Assembly: GCF_001194135.2 (NCBI RefSeq)
Contig: NC_068987.1
Coordinates: 5,039,564 to 5,103,563, forward strand
Length of the DNA: 64,000 nt
Direction: 5' to 3'
DNA from: Octopus bimaculoides
Lineage: Eukaryota
This document shows positions 1 to 15,100 of the stretch, in pieces. The position numbers and the translations under genes were made by a program. The notes beneath the pieces were generated by a model. The model ran no database searches and was not told the DNA's origin. It saw only the letters and a list, made by a program, of their open reading frames with translations. Numbering within the stretch: the first letter of the stretch is position 1; each line of letters starts with the position of its first letter.

Positions 1-205
1 AGACGGAGAAAGAAAATCGCCAACAATGCAGACGCGGTCACATATTGGAATGACCGGAAGGTAAAGGGTGGAGAAAAAGTTCTTTTCAAAGACAGGAGGG
101 TGCAAAAGGAGGTGTGTATGTAATGACAGCACGTGTGTGTGTGTGTGTGTGTGTGTGCCACAGCCTAATGACTGAAACCAGTAAAAGATCGAAGATAAGA
201 CTAAC

Positions 206-3200
206 CTGATGACCCATCCAAAATACTTTCAAGTCTTTGTCAGTAAGTGGACGTTTACTAGAGGCTGTCTTTTTGGTAGCATCGCTTCCTCCAGTTCTCT
301 ACATTCACAGAAAAGCAAGACAAAAGAAATTATAACAAACAGTTTCAAATAACGTACAACACATAGAATAATAGAAGACAAGACACATTTTAATTCATCG
401 TTATTTCCTTTCTCTTTTCTGAGGAGTAGCCAGGTATTTGCTGTTCAGCAAGATACCTGTTCGTGTCCCTCTAATCATACTTTAACCTCTCGTCAACTGG
501 CACCTCAGTTGAAAGGGTCTTGCCTTGTAAGATACTTGGTGACTGCACTGGTGCTGGTGCCATATAAAAAGTACTGACTACACACCGTGAAATGGTTGGT
601 GTTACAAAGGGCATCCAGCAGTAGAAACCATGTCAAAGCAGACATTGTAGCTTGGTGCAATCCTCTGGCTTGCCAACTTCTATTGAGCCATGCCAGCATG
701 GGAAATGGACACCAAACGAGCATGAATCTAGGATAGGGTCTAAGCAATCCATACAGACAGGACCCAGTGTCGCTTACCTTTTTTTTGTTGTCTGGGTTGT
801 AATCTTCATGAAACACAGCTTCTTTGAAATTTTTTATTGCCTCTCCAGCTTTCTTATCCATAGCCTTAGTGTCTGGTACTGTAACAATGATGATTAATAA
901 TAATAATAACGATGATGGTTTCAAATTTTTGCAACAGGGGCAGCTTGGGGGAGGGAGATAAACCAATTACATCAACCCCAGTGTTTCACTGGTACTTAAT
1001 TTATCGACCCTGAAAGGATGAAAGGCAGATGTTAAACGATGAAGATGATAATATATGATGGGTTTCTTTCAGTTTCCATCTACCAAATCCACTCACAAGG
1101 CTTTGGTCAGCCTGAGGCTATAGCAGTGGGACTGAATCCAGAACCATGTGGTTGGTAAACAGGCTACTTACCATACAACCACTCCTGCACCTAGCTATAT
1201 ATATTCAAAAATGAGTTTAAAGGGACATATTATCCTGGTGGTTACCATGTTTCCTCTTAATTCGGTTTCAGATGTTGGCTAACTACAACAGCCATGACAC
1301 TAGATTGCATATCCAATAGTGTGCAGTCAATGTTAATATTTCCACATAGCATGAAATTTTCTTCTTCTTTTTTTGTAAAATATCAGAAATGATGCAGTTG
1401 AAACGTGCATAGGTTCAGAAAAGAATGCTGCAAGTAACTGTTAAAATTATGGGTGTGAAAAAGCTATGTCCTGCTTATCATTATTAATACTTTATGTATG
1501 TGTGTGTGTTTATGTCTGCGTTTGACCCCTATCACCATTTCACAATGGGTGCTGGAACGTGTAAATCCTTTTAACTCAGTGGTTTGCCAAAAGAAACTGA
1601 TAGAATAAGTACCAGGCTTTAAAAAAAAAAAAAGTTCTGGGGGCTGATTCATTCTATTAAAAATTCTCCAAGCCAGCGCTCCAGCATGGCCACCGTCTCA
1701 TGACTGAAACAAATAAACGATAAAAAATATAAAAATAAAATGAACTCCACAATAAACTTACATGTATTATCAACAAATTCATCAGACGATTCCTTGTCAA
1801 GAACCCTGCTTTCAATATGCATCCAATGGTACTTCAGAGGAGGATTGTCAAAGTGGGTGAAGTTGTATTTGATTTTAAGTGATTTGATGATGTCCTTGGC
1901 CAAATCAATCTGTTTGTCTTCAGCTGAGAAGAAAGCAAAAACAACAACCCAATAATGCTGATTTTCAGTTGAGATAGCAAAAACAGTCAAAATATGGTAC
2001 TATAGAAATGGCAACTCCTTCTGTTGGTGACAACAATGAGTGTTCCAGTCGATTTGATCAATGGAACAGCCTTCTTGCGAAATTTATGTGTATAAGTGGC
2101 TGAGTACTGGCCGAGTTCCTTTCGAACTTTGGGCCTGACGGAGGCAAAGTGGCTGACTTCCTTTTGAGCGTTCGGCCTGATGGAAGCAAAGTGGCCGAGT
2201 TCCTTTCGAGTGTTGGGCTTCATGGAGGCAATAACCAAGACCTTTCGTATTATGTCGTGCTTGAGAAGAAGACACATCAAGATGAGCAAAATCGCAGTTG
2301 TGGCAAATACCAGTGAGAGAAAGATGCGGTGGAAGAGTACAGCAGGGTTCACCACCACCCCCTGCCAGAGCCTCGTGGAGTGTTAGGTGTTTTTGCTCAA
2401 TAAACACTCACAACGCCCGGTCTGGGAATCGAAACCACGATCCTATGACCGCAAGTCTGCTGCCCTAACCACTGGGCCATTGCGCCTCCACCGTCAGAAA
2501 GAAAATGAAATGCCTTTGATCACATCTTTACTCAATTAAAACCATCTTGAAGCTAAACAACAACAACAATTATATTTTTCCTGTTGCTCTCAGGGATCTT
2601 ATAAAAAAAAAACACAGGTTTGTTCATTTTGAAAAGCGATGCTAACAAATTTGACAAACCTTTTATAGNNNNNNNNNNNNNNNNNNNNNNNNNNNNNNNN
2701 NNNNNNNNNNNNNNNNNNNNNNNNNNNNNNNNNNNNNNNNNNNNNNNNNNNNNNNNNNNNNNNNNNNNNNNNNNNNNNNNNNNNNNNNNNNNNNNNNNNN
2801 NNNNNNNNNNNNNNNNNNNNNNNNNNNNNNNNNNNNNNNNNNNNNNNNNNNNNNNNNNNNNNNNNNNNNNNNNNNNNNNNNNNNNNNNNNNNNNNNNNNN
2901 NNNNNNNNNNNNNNNNNNNNNNNNNNNNNNNNNNNNNNNNNNNNNNNNNNNNNNNNNNNNNNNNNNNNNNNNNNNNNNNNNNNNNNNNNNNNNNNNNNNN
3001 NNNNNNNNNNNNNNNNNNNNNNNNNNNNNNNNNNNNNNNNNNNNNNNNNNNNNNNNNNNNNNNNNNNNNNNNNNNNNNNNNNNNNNNNNNNNNNNNNNNN
3101 NNNNNNNNNNNNNNNNNNNNNNNNNNNNNNNNNNNNNNNNNNNNNNNNNNNNNNNNNNNNNNNNNNNNNNNNNNNNNNNNNNNNNNNNNNNNNNNNNNNN

Positions 3201-4337
3201 NNNNNNNNNNNNNNNNNNNNNNNNNNNNNNNNNNNNNNNNNNNNNNNNNNNNNNNNNNNNNNNNNNNNNNNNNNNNNNNNNNNNNNNNNNNNNNNNNNCT
3301 CAAGCAAAAGCATGAGTGAGTGAGTGAATGTGAAAATATATATACATGTGTGTGTGTGTGTGTAGATTGGATAAAATAGAAAAGTGAACTACAAAAGTGA
3401 AGTCAGAACAACGGTTGAAGTTTTTCCTTGTATTTTGATATCTTGGGGTCAGTACCTCTTCATCAGGACACACGCAGAAATGGGAGATAGAATAGTGCTA
3501 TTATCATTGCTTAGATATGTGGGAGAGGGTAAGTGGCAAGTGCAGACTGGTGTTGTTATGATAACCAGTCTGTTTCACAAAGCTCTTTTCTGCTGTTTAA
3601 GCTATGAGACCATATACTCATACAAATGTTATGATCTTGCTTAAGCACAGTGGTACTTAAGCCTAGTTGTTAGTACTCACTATACATAGCCAAATACAGA
3701 GCATAATATTATTGAATGACAAGGGAACAGGAGTTTATGTAATCACCTTCATTAGCTTACAGTCGTTTCTGCTATAAAAGACACTGCATTCAGAGTTGAG
3801 TGCTTTTGCACTAGATACAAAGAATGGGGCTGAAGAGTTCCTGGCTTCAACATATTCTTCTCTCTAATTCACAAAGTTACTGCAATGGTCCTTCAGTTTT
3901 TCTAAGCCTTCTAAAAGAACTTGGAAGGTTGGACCTTCAACCAGGCCTTTTGCAATATGCTTAAAGCCAAGAACTTTTCAGCCCCCCCCCCATCATACAA
4001 TAAACTGTGTAGACTAGTAAATATTATTGTAATTAGAATGCTTAAAAAAAAGACTTGGAATAAACATTCTTGAAATATTCTAAATGTTAGAATTTTAAAT
4101 ACAATTCAATTTCTTGCAAATATTGTAAAAAAAAAAAAAGAGCAATACCTGTGGCAGTAAGGCAACATATTCTGGAGCAGATGTTTTAGATGATATATAT
4201 TCACAAATTGGTGCAACACCTCGCTGCAAACATCGGTCAAGTAAAGCTGAGAAAAGGCAAGTGTTGCCACTTAAAGACTGTATTTTGAGGAAAGAAAGAA
4301 AAAAGAAAAGAAAAAACTGAGAATGGAAAGGAGGATG

Positions 4338-4371
<34 letters not shown>

Positions 4372-7300
4372 TGAGGGGAAGAGTTATGAGATACAAAGAT
4401 TTAGAATTGTAAACGGGGAAACAGAAATTTAAAAGGAGTTCAGCCACAAGCTATAATATATTCATCGATTATATATCGTTGCTCAAATGGTTAAGTGACC
4501 TGCTAGAGATACCACCCAAATTATCTCTCAAGTTGCACTCTACAGTTTAACAAAAGAAGAATAAAAAAAAACCTTTGGGGTAGTGTGCGTGAAAAGTTTT
4601 CTTGTTACATGTGGGAGGAACACACAGGTCAGGGGGCTAATGGATAGCAATTGTACAGTGAGACAAGGCGTGTGGGTTGAACACACAGGTCAGGGGCTGG
4701 CGGATAGCAATGATATAAGGAGAAATGAATTTATAAATCATAAATTTGGAAAATATTCTTCTCGTGTAGAGAAAGGGCCATAACAAAATAGAGCTTTATT
4801 ACAAACAGGTTGGTATATAGAAGTTTTGCTTTTCAGCTGTTAAAATTGTAAAACTAAAATCAAACAGTAAAAAAAAACAAAAAACAGACCTTCTCTTCAG
4901 GATATATGAAGTGTGTTGGTTTAATATGGTAATGTGTTTTCACATCCTTCTGTTGCTGAAAACCCAGGAGTTTGAATCCTATAAAAAGAAGATTAAATTA
5001 CTTTGCAAGCAGGGGCACAAAAGTGGATGTGTGGCATTGGCCACATTCGGATGGTGCTTTTTACATGCCACTGGCACAGGGTAATGAAGATCATGTGACA
5101 TTCATTCATGCTGTTCTTAAGAATATTACAAATGCAACTGATGAGAAATGATTTCGTTTAAAGAATGAAAGTGGATGGCAACTGTGACAATCTAAATTGC
5201 AAGCTATACAAGCATGTATGTATATGACTGCAAAAAGCCAAGAAGCCTCTTAAAGAATTCTTCAATAACAAAACTCACCTGGTTCACCAAACATGCGCAT
5301 TTTCGTGACTTCCTCTTTCTCAAATGTAGCAGTCCTGTTGCCATATTTCTTGGCATATTTGATGTCTTGAGGCATAAGAGTTTCACCAGTATCCTGAAGA
5401 ATATTTTTAAAAGTACTAAGTGAATAATTCTTAGATCTTGGGATAGCTTGCTTTGCTTCAGTTCATTGAAGGAAGCAGTTTATTAACCAGTTATTGGTAT
5501 GTGACTTGTACTAAAAGGAAACAATTATTAAAGTCTACACTGCCAAGAAAATTCTAAAAAATTCTATTTTTAATTTTTTTTTTCATCAAAATGTGGTTTT
5601 ATAAATTCTTTTATAACTAAAGGAAACTAATTTTAATTCATTGCGTGATAGTGTTTTTTAATACTGCATNNNNNNNNNNNNNNNNNNNNNNNNNNNNNNN
5701 NNNNNNNNNNNNNNNNNNNNNNNNNNNNNNNNNNNNNNNNNNNNNNNNNNNNNNNNNNNNNNNNNNNNNNNNNNNNNNNNNNNNNNNNNNNNNNNNNNNN
5801 NNNNNNNNNNNNNNNNNNNNNNNNNNNNNNNNNNNNNNNNNNNNNNNNNNNNNNNNNNNNNNNNNNNNNNNNNNNNNNNNNNNNNNNNNNNNNNNNNNNN
5901 NNNNNNNNNNNNNNNNNNNNNNNNNNNNNNNNNNNNNNNNNNNNNNNNNNNNNNNNNNNNNNNNNNNNNNNNNNNNNNNNNNNNNNNNNNNNNNNNNNNN
6001 NNNNNNNNNNNNNNNNNNNNNNNNNNNNNNNNNNNNNNNNNNNNNNNNNNNNNNNNNNNNNNNNNNNNNNNNNNNNNNNNNNNNNNNNNNNNNNNNNNNN
6101 NNNNNNNNNNNNNNNNNNNNNNNNNNNNNNNNNNNNNNNNNNNNNNNNNNNNNNNNNNNNNNNNNNNNNNNNNNNNNNNNNNNNNNNNNNNNNNNNNNNN
6201 NNNNNNNNNNNNNNNNNNNNNNNNNNNNNNNNNNNNNNNNNNNNNNNNNNNNNNNNNNNNNNNNNNNNNNNNNNNNNNNNNNNNNNNNNNNNNNNNNNNN
6301 NNNNNNNNNNNNNNNNNNNNNNNNNNNNNNNNNNNNNNNNNNNNNNNNNNNNNNNNNNNNNNNNNNNNNNNNNNNNNNNNNNNNNNNNNNNNNNNNNNNN
6401 NNNATATATATATATATATATATATACCTATTATTTTAAGGAAATTAATTCCCTAAAATATTAGGTATTGAACCAGTATTTTCTTCAATGAAACCGTCCT
6501 TTCCTGAGGTCAACACAACCTCTAATTAAATTATATACATATATATATATTATATATATATATAAAAACACGAATGTACATATAGAGAATGAAAAAAAAA
6601 CATTATAAATGAAAGAATAATGATGTTGATGATAAAAAAGAATACAAATCTAAGAAATCCAATGACTCACAGGCCAACCGTTGCTTCAACACCATCACCA
6701 ATTCGTAGGGGTAACCTACGTAGAACCCTCTTTTGACGCTCTTTACATCTCACCCTGAAAAATATTTGGAGCAACCATAATTATGAGAAACATACAGTGC
6801 AACAGAAACAAACATCTGGATCGCTGTTATTGGTAAAAAGCACCTAGTATACGCTGTAAAGCGGTTGGCATTAGGATAGGCATCCAGCTGTAGAAGCCAA
6901 GCCAAAACAGACAATGAAAGCTGGTGCAACTCCTGTCAAACTACCGGACCCCTGCCAGTATGGAAGACGAATGTTAAATGATGTTGACTAGACACTGAAC
7001 TGTGACCATGCTGGGGCAACACGTTCAAGGGGTCTTAGTTGACCATATGGATAGCCAGTATGATCTCTGGTATTTCTTTTAACAATGGCCAGAGGACTAC
7101 AAAAGGCAAAGGCAACCAGACATAAGGGGAACAAGCTGTGAAATTCTTAGCCACAAGGCCGTACCCATTTTTGCAGGGAGAGGAAGGGGACAGGATGGGA
7201 TTAGTATGATTGATATTGTGTAAAGTGGTTGGAAGATGTGGTGAGAAAGGATCTACAGACATTGGGATTTACAGAGGGGATGACAAGGGTCTGAGACTTC

Positions 7301-10300
7301 TGGCTCCAGTTGAGCATTCTTAATCTTGTGGGCACTGGTGCCATGTAAAAGCACCCAGCACACTTTGTAAAGTGGTTGGCATTAGGAAGGGCATCCAGTC
7401 ACAGAAGCCATGCCAAAACACACATGGAGCTTGGGAAGTTCTTCAGCTGAACAGCTCCTGACAAACCATCCAACCCATGCTAGCATGGAAAACGGATGTT
7501 AAATGATGATGATGAAGATAATGAATGGCACTAAGAAGGATAAAGCAGTTTTAGAAGCCATGCCATAATAGAGACTGGAATACAATGCAGTCTTCTGTTG
7601 AACGATCCAACCCATGACCACACAGAAGATAAATATTAAATGATGATGATGAAGCTGAAGAAGAGGGTAATGAAAATAAACTCACCTCTCTAACAACCCC
7701 TCCAGTTTTTCTGTTGTGTCAGGCAACTGTTCAATTTCCTCTCCATGAATGATAAACAAAATATTCTAATAAAAGTGGAAGAAAAACAAGAGAATAGTCG
7801 AGAATGAGATGATGATAACTACAACGGGAGATAATGTAGTTTTGCACTTCACCTTGAAACATGCATTTTTGGGGAAAAATTTCTTTGGATTCTTAGGTTT
7901 TAGATATTGGCGATTATGAATATGCAAAAAACTTTTAAAAATTTTAAACACCCCACACCCCTTTATTNNNNNNNNNNNNNNNNNNNNNNNNNNNNNNNNN
8001 NNNNNNNNNNNNNNNNNNNNNNNNNNNNNNNNNNNNNNNNNNNNNNNNNNNNNNNNNNNNNNNNNNNNNNNNNNNNNNNNNNNNNNNNNNNNNNNNNNNN
8101 NNNNNNNNNNNNNNNNNNNNNNNNNNNNNNNNNNNNNNNNNNNNNNNNNNNNNNNNNNNNNNNNNNNNNNNNNNNNNNNNNNNNNNNNNNNNNNNNNNNN
8201 NNNNNNNNNNNNNNNNNNNNNNNNNNNNNNNNNNNNNNNNNNNNNNNNNNNNNNNNNNNNNNNNNNNNNNNNNNNNNNNNNNNNNNNNNNNNNNNNNNNN
8301 NNNNNNNNNNNNNNNNNNNNNNNNNNNNNNNNNNNNNNNNNNNNNNNNNNNNNNNNNNNNNNNNNNNNNNNNNNNNNNNNNNNNNNNNNNNNNNNNNNNN
8401 NNNNNNNNNNNNCTAAAACCTAAGAAACTGAAAACATTTTACAAAAAATGCATTTTTCAAGGTGAAGTGTGAAACTGCATTAGCCCTAATGTTTAATCAA
8501 AATTTACCTGAGACTATCATCAACATCATTGTTTAACGTCCGCTTTCCATGCTAGCATGGGTTGGACGATTTGACTGAGGACTGGTGAAACCGGATGGCA
8601 ACACCAGGCTCCAATCTAATTAAAGAAAACTAATTATTCTTATTAAATGCTAAATTTCAAATTTTGGCACAAGGCCAGTAATTTTGGGGGTGAGGGTAAG
8701 TCGATTACATTGACCCCAATGTTCAAATTGCAAAAGGACAAAAGGCAAAATTGACCACAGCGGAATTTGAACTCAGAACGTGTGAAGACAGACAGAATGC
8801 CACTGTGCATTTTACCTGTCATGCTAACGATTCTGCCAGCTCACCGCCTTACTCTCATTAAATATTAAACAGTTGTACGATACCTTGTAGAACTTATTGA
8901 CATCAAAGGTCTGATTTGGAAGTTGTAAGGGCAACAGCTCCAGAGATATTCCTGTTTTATTGAGATCATTGGCACGAGTTTTACAATGCTGGAAAGAAAT
9001 AAAATATTATTATTATTATTGAGTGAGAGAGCAGCGCATGCCATCAAAGTGACAATGGGATACAAATATACGAAGCCCAGTATACCCATCATGACTACCC
9101 GTCTGATAAGGGTACACTAGGCACATGCATCACAACCATATGTGCGTGACATGGTGATCTCATATCAAGATAAACAACACATGATCATGCAAGTGGGGCC
9201 CAGTTAGAATTTTCTTCAGGTTGAGTAGCCCATCCCACTCAAAAGGTCCCTGAATAAGTGTTGTTTAAGGATGTTGAATGAAACACCCATATTTCCAAAG
9301 GCGAATTATCCAAACCCCAAAGAATTCCTCTCAACACATGGCTATGATGCTCCCCCACTACTTCTGCTCATGATCAGAGATGCACATATCATCAGCCACC
9401 AAGGGACATGCTCAACTGGTTAAGATCAAACAACTGACAAGCAAATCTGTGGTATTGAGCAGAATATTTGCTGTAGCCCATCTTTTATACCAAGACAAAA
9501 CAATGTACATGATAACACTTCCAATCAGTTAAGACCAGAAGCTATGAAAGCCACTGCCTGATACTGCATCAGGGCATATTATTATTATTGTTATTATTTT
9601 TTTCAATACAGTTTTTTCAAGAGAACCAGGCTAAACTCCATGCACCACAAATAAATGCAGTGTTTTTTTATTTATATGTATCTTTGATCTGTGCTTGTTT
9701 CAGTCATTGGACTGTGGCCACACTGGGGCACAGTGGAAGAAGTGTTTTAGTTGAACAAACCAATACCAGTACTTAGAATATTTTTTAAAGTCTTATACTT
9801 ATTCTATTGGTCTTTTTTTTACAGTTTATGGGGGCCATAAACAAACCAATATCAGCTGTCAGATGGTCGTAGGTTAGTGCACACACACACACAACAGGCT
9901 TCTTTCAGTTTCTGTGATCTAAATCAATAACTTTGGTTGGCCAGGGCTATGGTAGAAGACACTTGTCCCACAGTGAGACTGAACCCAAAACCACATGGTT
10001 GGGAAACAAACATCTTAACCACACAGCCATGCCTATGCCTATATGTGACAATAACTTAGAAGACATTTGAACTCAATATCTGAGTGAAAGCAAAGATAAT
10101 ATGAAAGAGCTAACTCACAACAATTTCTGTTTTATCCATGTGAGGTTCATCCTTATTTGTGAAAAGCAAGATTCTCTGATATCCAAGTTTTTCAGTGCTG
10201 AAAATACATGTGAATCAGGTATGAGGGTCTTTAATAGAAAGCAGGTAAATGCTTAGTAAAAAAAAAACCTCTTGTTTTATAACAATGAGTCAGTCCACCT

Positions 10301-12080
10301 TTAGTCACAGGGGGGATGGTCACAATCCTTCCACAACAGTGACAAATACAAATATTTTTATAGAGAAAAAGAAAAAAGTAAAAGAAAATTTAGGACTCAC
10401 CATTTTGAGAATAAAAGCGAGCACAGCCAAAATACATCACTCATTTGATAATTAGAATTGTGTCCATAGTCCTCGTGGAACGTCTTCCAGTTATCTTTAA
10501 CAAAGACAATCCAGAGATTAAGATATATTAACATAATTAACCCTTTATCAGTCAGATTACTCTGTCAAATTTAATGCTTATTTATTCACATTTAAAAAAA
10601 ATTTATCATGTATTATCTTGTAGCTTAGCAATTTCAAAGATGTGATTGTTTATTTTTAGAGTGACAATATAGGGTAGATTCAAGGGGCTAGACTTGGCCA
10701 GCTTGAACATAAAAATTGAACATTTGGGCCAGATGTAGCCGGTTTAAAAGCTAAAAGCTTAAGACATAAACTGACTCATATACTGAAAGTACAAGACAAG
10801 TACATAAATTATACATGTAAGCTCATTTAACATTAATTCATTTATTACTGTTCTGGGATAACATGATATGCTCAATTATGAGCCATGTTACACTTATTGA
10901 TAACACAGATTGTTGATCAGTTAGATTTGGTTTGTATGGCAAAAACGTGTCCCATACTGCTCAGCTACCCACAATGCACTGACTATTGCACATATTTACA
11001 TGACCATGCTGCAAGTCTGCATATTTCTTATACAAATTTACATACTTGTACCCATCAACATGGGACGAATGAAGAGGAAAGCATAAAGACGCCTGACCCT
11101 AACAAATGACATAGATGAGTGTATTCTTGGGTGTAGTCTTTGTAGCAGGTGCTTTGTATGTGGGACCAATACAGATGCTTTTACGTGACACCAGACAGGT
11201 GCTTTTACAAGACACTGGACAGGTGCTTTTATGTGGGACTGGACAGGGGTCTTTGCATGACACCAGCATCAACAGAGTTAATAGAATAAGAATTGAATGA
11301 CAACATAAGTTACAAAAATAGATATAAAATATGATTTAAAAAGATATAAAAGCATTAAAAAAATAATAAAACCATCATAGCCTTCTTACCAGTAAGCATA
11401 TTTTCAATTTCTATAATTCTTTCAGCATTAGGACGAGCCAAGTCCTGTGGATGGAAAGGAAATCACAAATGTTTGACCCATGTTAATCAATAAACAATGT
11501 ATTTCTGTACATAATCAATAACTTATGAAGAATATCTTATCAACCACAATGGGATAAAATCAAAGACTGGCAGAAGATGGATGCTTAAGAGAACAGATCT
11601 TTCCTGGAATTGATGTCTTTCATCCTGTTTATAGACTGCTACATCATCGTCAGCATCACCAATGCCAGTGCTATGTAAAAAGCATTCATGCTAGTGCTGT
11701 ATAAAGAAAATAGCCATTGCACTTTGTAAAGTGGTTGGCATTAGGGAGGGCATCCAGCTGTAGAAGCTATGCTAAAAACAGAAGCCTGGTGCCACCCCAC
11801 CAGCCTCCCAGATCCTGTCAAACCATCCGACCCATGCCAGCATGGAAAACTGGCATTAAATGATTTTCCATTCTTGCGTGGGTCAGACAAGAATTTGTTG
11901 AAGCAGATTTTCCACAGCTGGATGCCTTTATTGTTGCCAGCCCTCACCTGATTCCAATTAAGGTAATATTTCCCCACGACCAGACATGTTTTCATGGAAG
12001 ATTGGAAACAAAGGACACTGCTTGCATGATGGTGACACTCATTTACAGCTATCGCATGATGTCAAAGCAAAGAGACAGTA

Positions 12081-12111
<31 letters not shown>

Positions 12112-15100
12112 CGTAGAAAATCTGCCCCATGCTAGCATGGAAAAGTGAGTGTTAAAACAATGATGATGATGATATACAATGGATTCCTTTCAGTTTCCAT
12201 TTACAAACCCACTCACTAAGCTTTGGTTGACCTGAGGTTACAGTAGAAGACAGTTTCCCAATGAGACTGAACCTGGCAAGGGTTCGGTGGTTTGATAGGA
12301 TCCACTGCACTATGCTCCCGCTTCTGCTTTGGCATGGTTTCCGCAGTTTGATACCCTTCTTAATGCCAACCAACTTGTAACATGCATTGGGTGTTATTTT
12401 CATGTTACCTGCACTATTGAAGTCACCATGCAGTTCACAGGACAAGCCCTGGGAGAGCTCATGGGGAAGGGGTTGGCTTAATGCTGGGGAACAAAGGGAT
12501 TACTATGAGGGAGGGGGAGAGAGAAGGTTATTTATTTATTAAATAAATATCTTACCTGGTAAATATATATGTGTTCAAAATTGTCAGTATTTTTGGTCTT
12601 ATCCTAAGAATAAAAGAAAAAAGGTTCAAGTAAAACATTAGAGAAATGCTTTCTGTATATTTTACCTCTTCACATCTATGTCTTCATGCTCAAAGAGTTA
12701 TAGTTTTGTGCATCTAAACCATGAAAGCACTTGGATAAATGACCTTTGCATCTTTAACCTTTTCAATGTCAAGTGAAAATGGCAAGCTTGAATGAATCGA
12801 GTGGGTTTAGGTAAAAATTTATTAAACTTAGAGAATAATAAAAATTGTAGCAATGATCTGAATTTATTAGCCAATATTTTTTGATATATTTCCTGTTTAT
12901 CTTACTATCATGTGGTATGGCTTCCAAAAATTTAAACATCTGCATATTATGTTGAAAGAATCATATATATATATATATATACACACACGCATACATATAA
13001 ATTTTTCCAGTCTTTCATTTTCTCACACACACAGAGTGAATAAACAGTCCAATTGAGATATTAGGATCAATTTAACTTACAGTTCCAAAAAAAACGACAC
13101 CAACAAGATCACGATTATTTTGAATAATTTTGTTTTTTAACGTGGATTGGACACACTGAAATAGAAAAAAAAATGGTAGGGTTAAGGTGAAAATATGCTG
13201 AAGTCAACAATAATTCAAGCTCATATGTTTGGTGTTAGGAAGGGCATCCAGCTGTAAAAATCCTGCCAAAACTGTTACAGAAGTCTGGTGCAGGCTTCTG
13301 CCTGGCCGACTCTTGTGAAACTGTCCCACCCATGTTAGCATGGAAGGCAGACATTAAACAAAGATGATGATGATGATGATGATGATAAGAGCATCTTACT
13401 GTATTTTATGGCATACAAGCAACATGTATAATTTAAACAAAAATGAGCCAAGAGAATAACTCAGAGTGGACAGTGGCACATATTTGAATAATATAGACAA
13501 ATATAGGTATACTGAATACCATACAACATCAGTTCTTGATTTATTAAATTTATCTCTATCTCTAGAGAATGCATCAGAATTACCAAATGACAAATAAGAC
13601 TAGTTTTATTTGAGAAAAAGAGATACTCCCCAAGATTCAAGAATTCTTCAGAGTCGACATGTCATTAAGGAAAAGGAGAGGCTCATTGTCCCAAGACGAG
13701 AGGACAGTCAAGGATGTGTTTCTGGCTCAATAGCCATCATCAGTACAAGTTCATTTTTGTTTAAATTACACAAATTACCTAAGCCATTAATGTGTTCTAC
13801 TTTCTTTTGTACAAGTCCCATGGCCACTGGAGATGAAGTCAAATAATTATCATGTTGATGATGGTTATTGAACCATAAGCATATATCCACAACGGTCCTC
13901 TTAACTCCAGGCAGTATGACCCTCCTTTTCTTAATGCCATGTTAACAGAGAGAATTCTTGAACCCTGAGATTATCTCCCCTCTGCAAATGGCGCCAATCT
14001 TTGTTGTTTGTTCCTTCTCGAGCCTTGCCTGGCTCATGAGGGCCAGTTTCCTGGTTTCAGTGACGTATAGGTTCCCCACCTGGATGGGACGCCGGTCTGT
14101 TGCAGGTGAGCCACTAGATGCAGGAGGAAAGAGTGAGAGAAAGTTGTAGCGAAAGAGTCAGCAGAAGTTCGCCATTACCTTCTGCCAGGGCCACGTGGAG
14201 ATTAGGTGTTTCACTGAGAAACACACACATTGCTCGGTCTGAGATTCAAACCCACGATTCCTCGACTGCAAGTCCGCTGCGCTAACCACTAGTCTATGTG
14301 CCTCCACTGATCTTAATTACCATTTGGTAATTATAATGGACCTTCAACAGCAATGGGACCCATCTAAGATTTTGTTACTAAAATTTATGTGCAATAAATT
14401 GTTTGTAATTGTAGAAGTTGGTTTGGGGGGTATAAANNNNNNNNNNNNNNNNNNNNNNNNNNNNNNNNNNNNNNNNNNNNNNNNNNNNNNNNNNNNNNNN
14501 NNNNNNNNNNNNNNNNNNNNNNNNNNNNNNNNNNNNNNNNNNNNNNNNNNNNNNNNNNNNNNNNNNNNNNNNNNNNNNNNNNNNNNNNNNNNNNNNNNNN
14601 NNNNNNNNNNNNNNNNNNNNNNGAAGTATTTCAGCCTCAAACAACTGATAATTCTATAAAAAGCTTCTACAGAGTCAAAAATAGAATATAGTTAAAGGCA
14701 TTTGGAATGGAGTTCCCACTATACAGGTGAGCATTCATTCTGGATAACATCCAAGAAAAAAAAAAGAAAAACAAAAAAAAAACAGCCACATACATGCTTG
14801 GCATTTTTTATTTACCAACGTCTATTTCTTCTACCACAACCACAACAGCTAGTTTTTTCTGAACTTGCCAACTTCAACACCACTCCATACTACTCACTGA
14901 ACTAACAAAGAGGTCTCTAAATAGTTGTTCAGCCTGCTGGAAATTAGAAATTAGCAATTAGGGTGGCTGTGTGGTAAGAAACTTACTTCCCAACCACATG
15001 GTTCTGGGTTCAGTCTCACTGCATGGCACCTTAAGCAAGTGTCTTCCACTATAGCCTCAGGCCGACCCAAGCCTTGTGAATGGATTTGGCAGACAGAAAC

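Noticed and set aside
2400-2491. tRNA-like sequences at SINE heads (also 14230-14307, 32650-32737, 53580-53640)
   Set aside because: They have A/B boxes but no complete cloverleaf and continue into SINE bodies, so they are not tRNA genes.
2599-3315. Long ORFs made mostly of X (also 5645-6439, 7907-8416, 22974-23738, 26629-27358)
   Set aside because: Artefacts of N gaps and flanking microsatellites.
3400-3475. Minus-strand CTGATGA-AGAGG resembling a hammerhead 5' core in a Penelope-like end
   Set aside because: No GAAA at the required position and no credible stem II or III; at most a decayed relic.
8572-8600. CTGAGGA-CTGGT-GAAA-CCGG in the antisense RTE tail
   Set aside because: Only 5 nt between the core halves (no stem II possible), and it is antisense to the element.
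13396-13890. ORFs in the Ku70 intron (13396-13593, 13610-13846, 13708-13890) as extra exons
   Set aside because: The Ku70 exons at 15384 and 13155 already join in frame and collinearly; these peptides have no recognisable homology and are probably decayed repeat.
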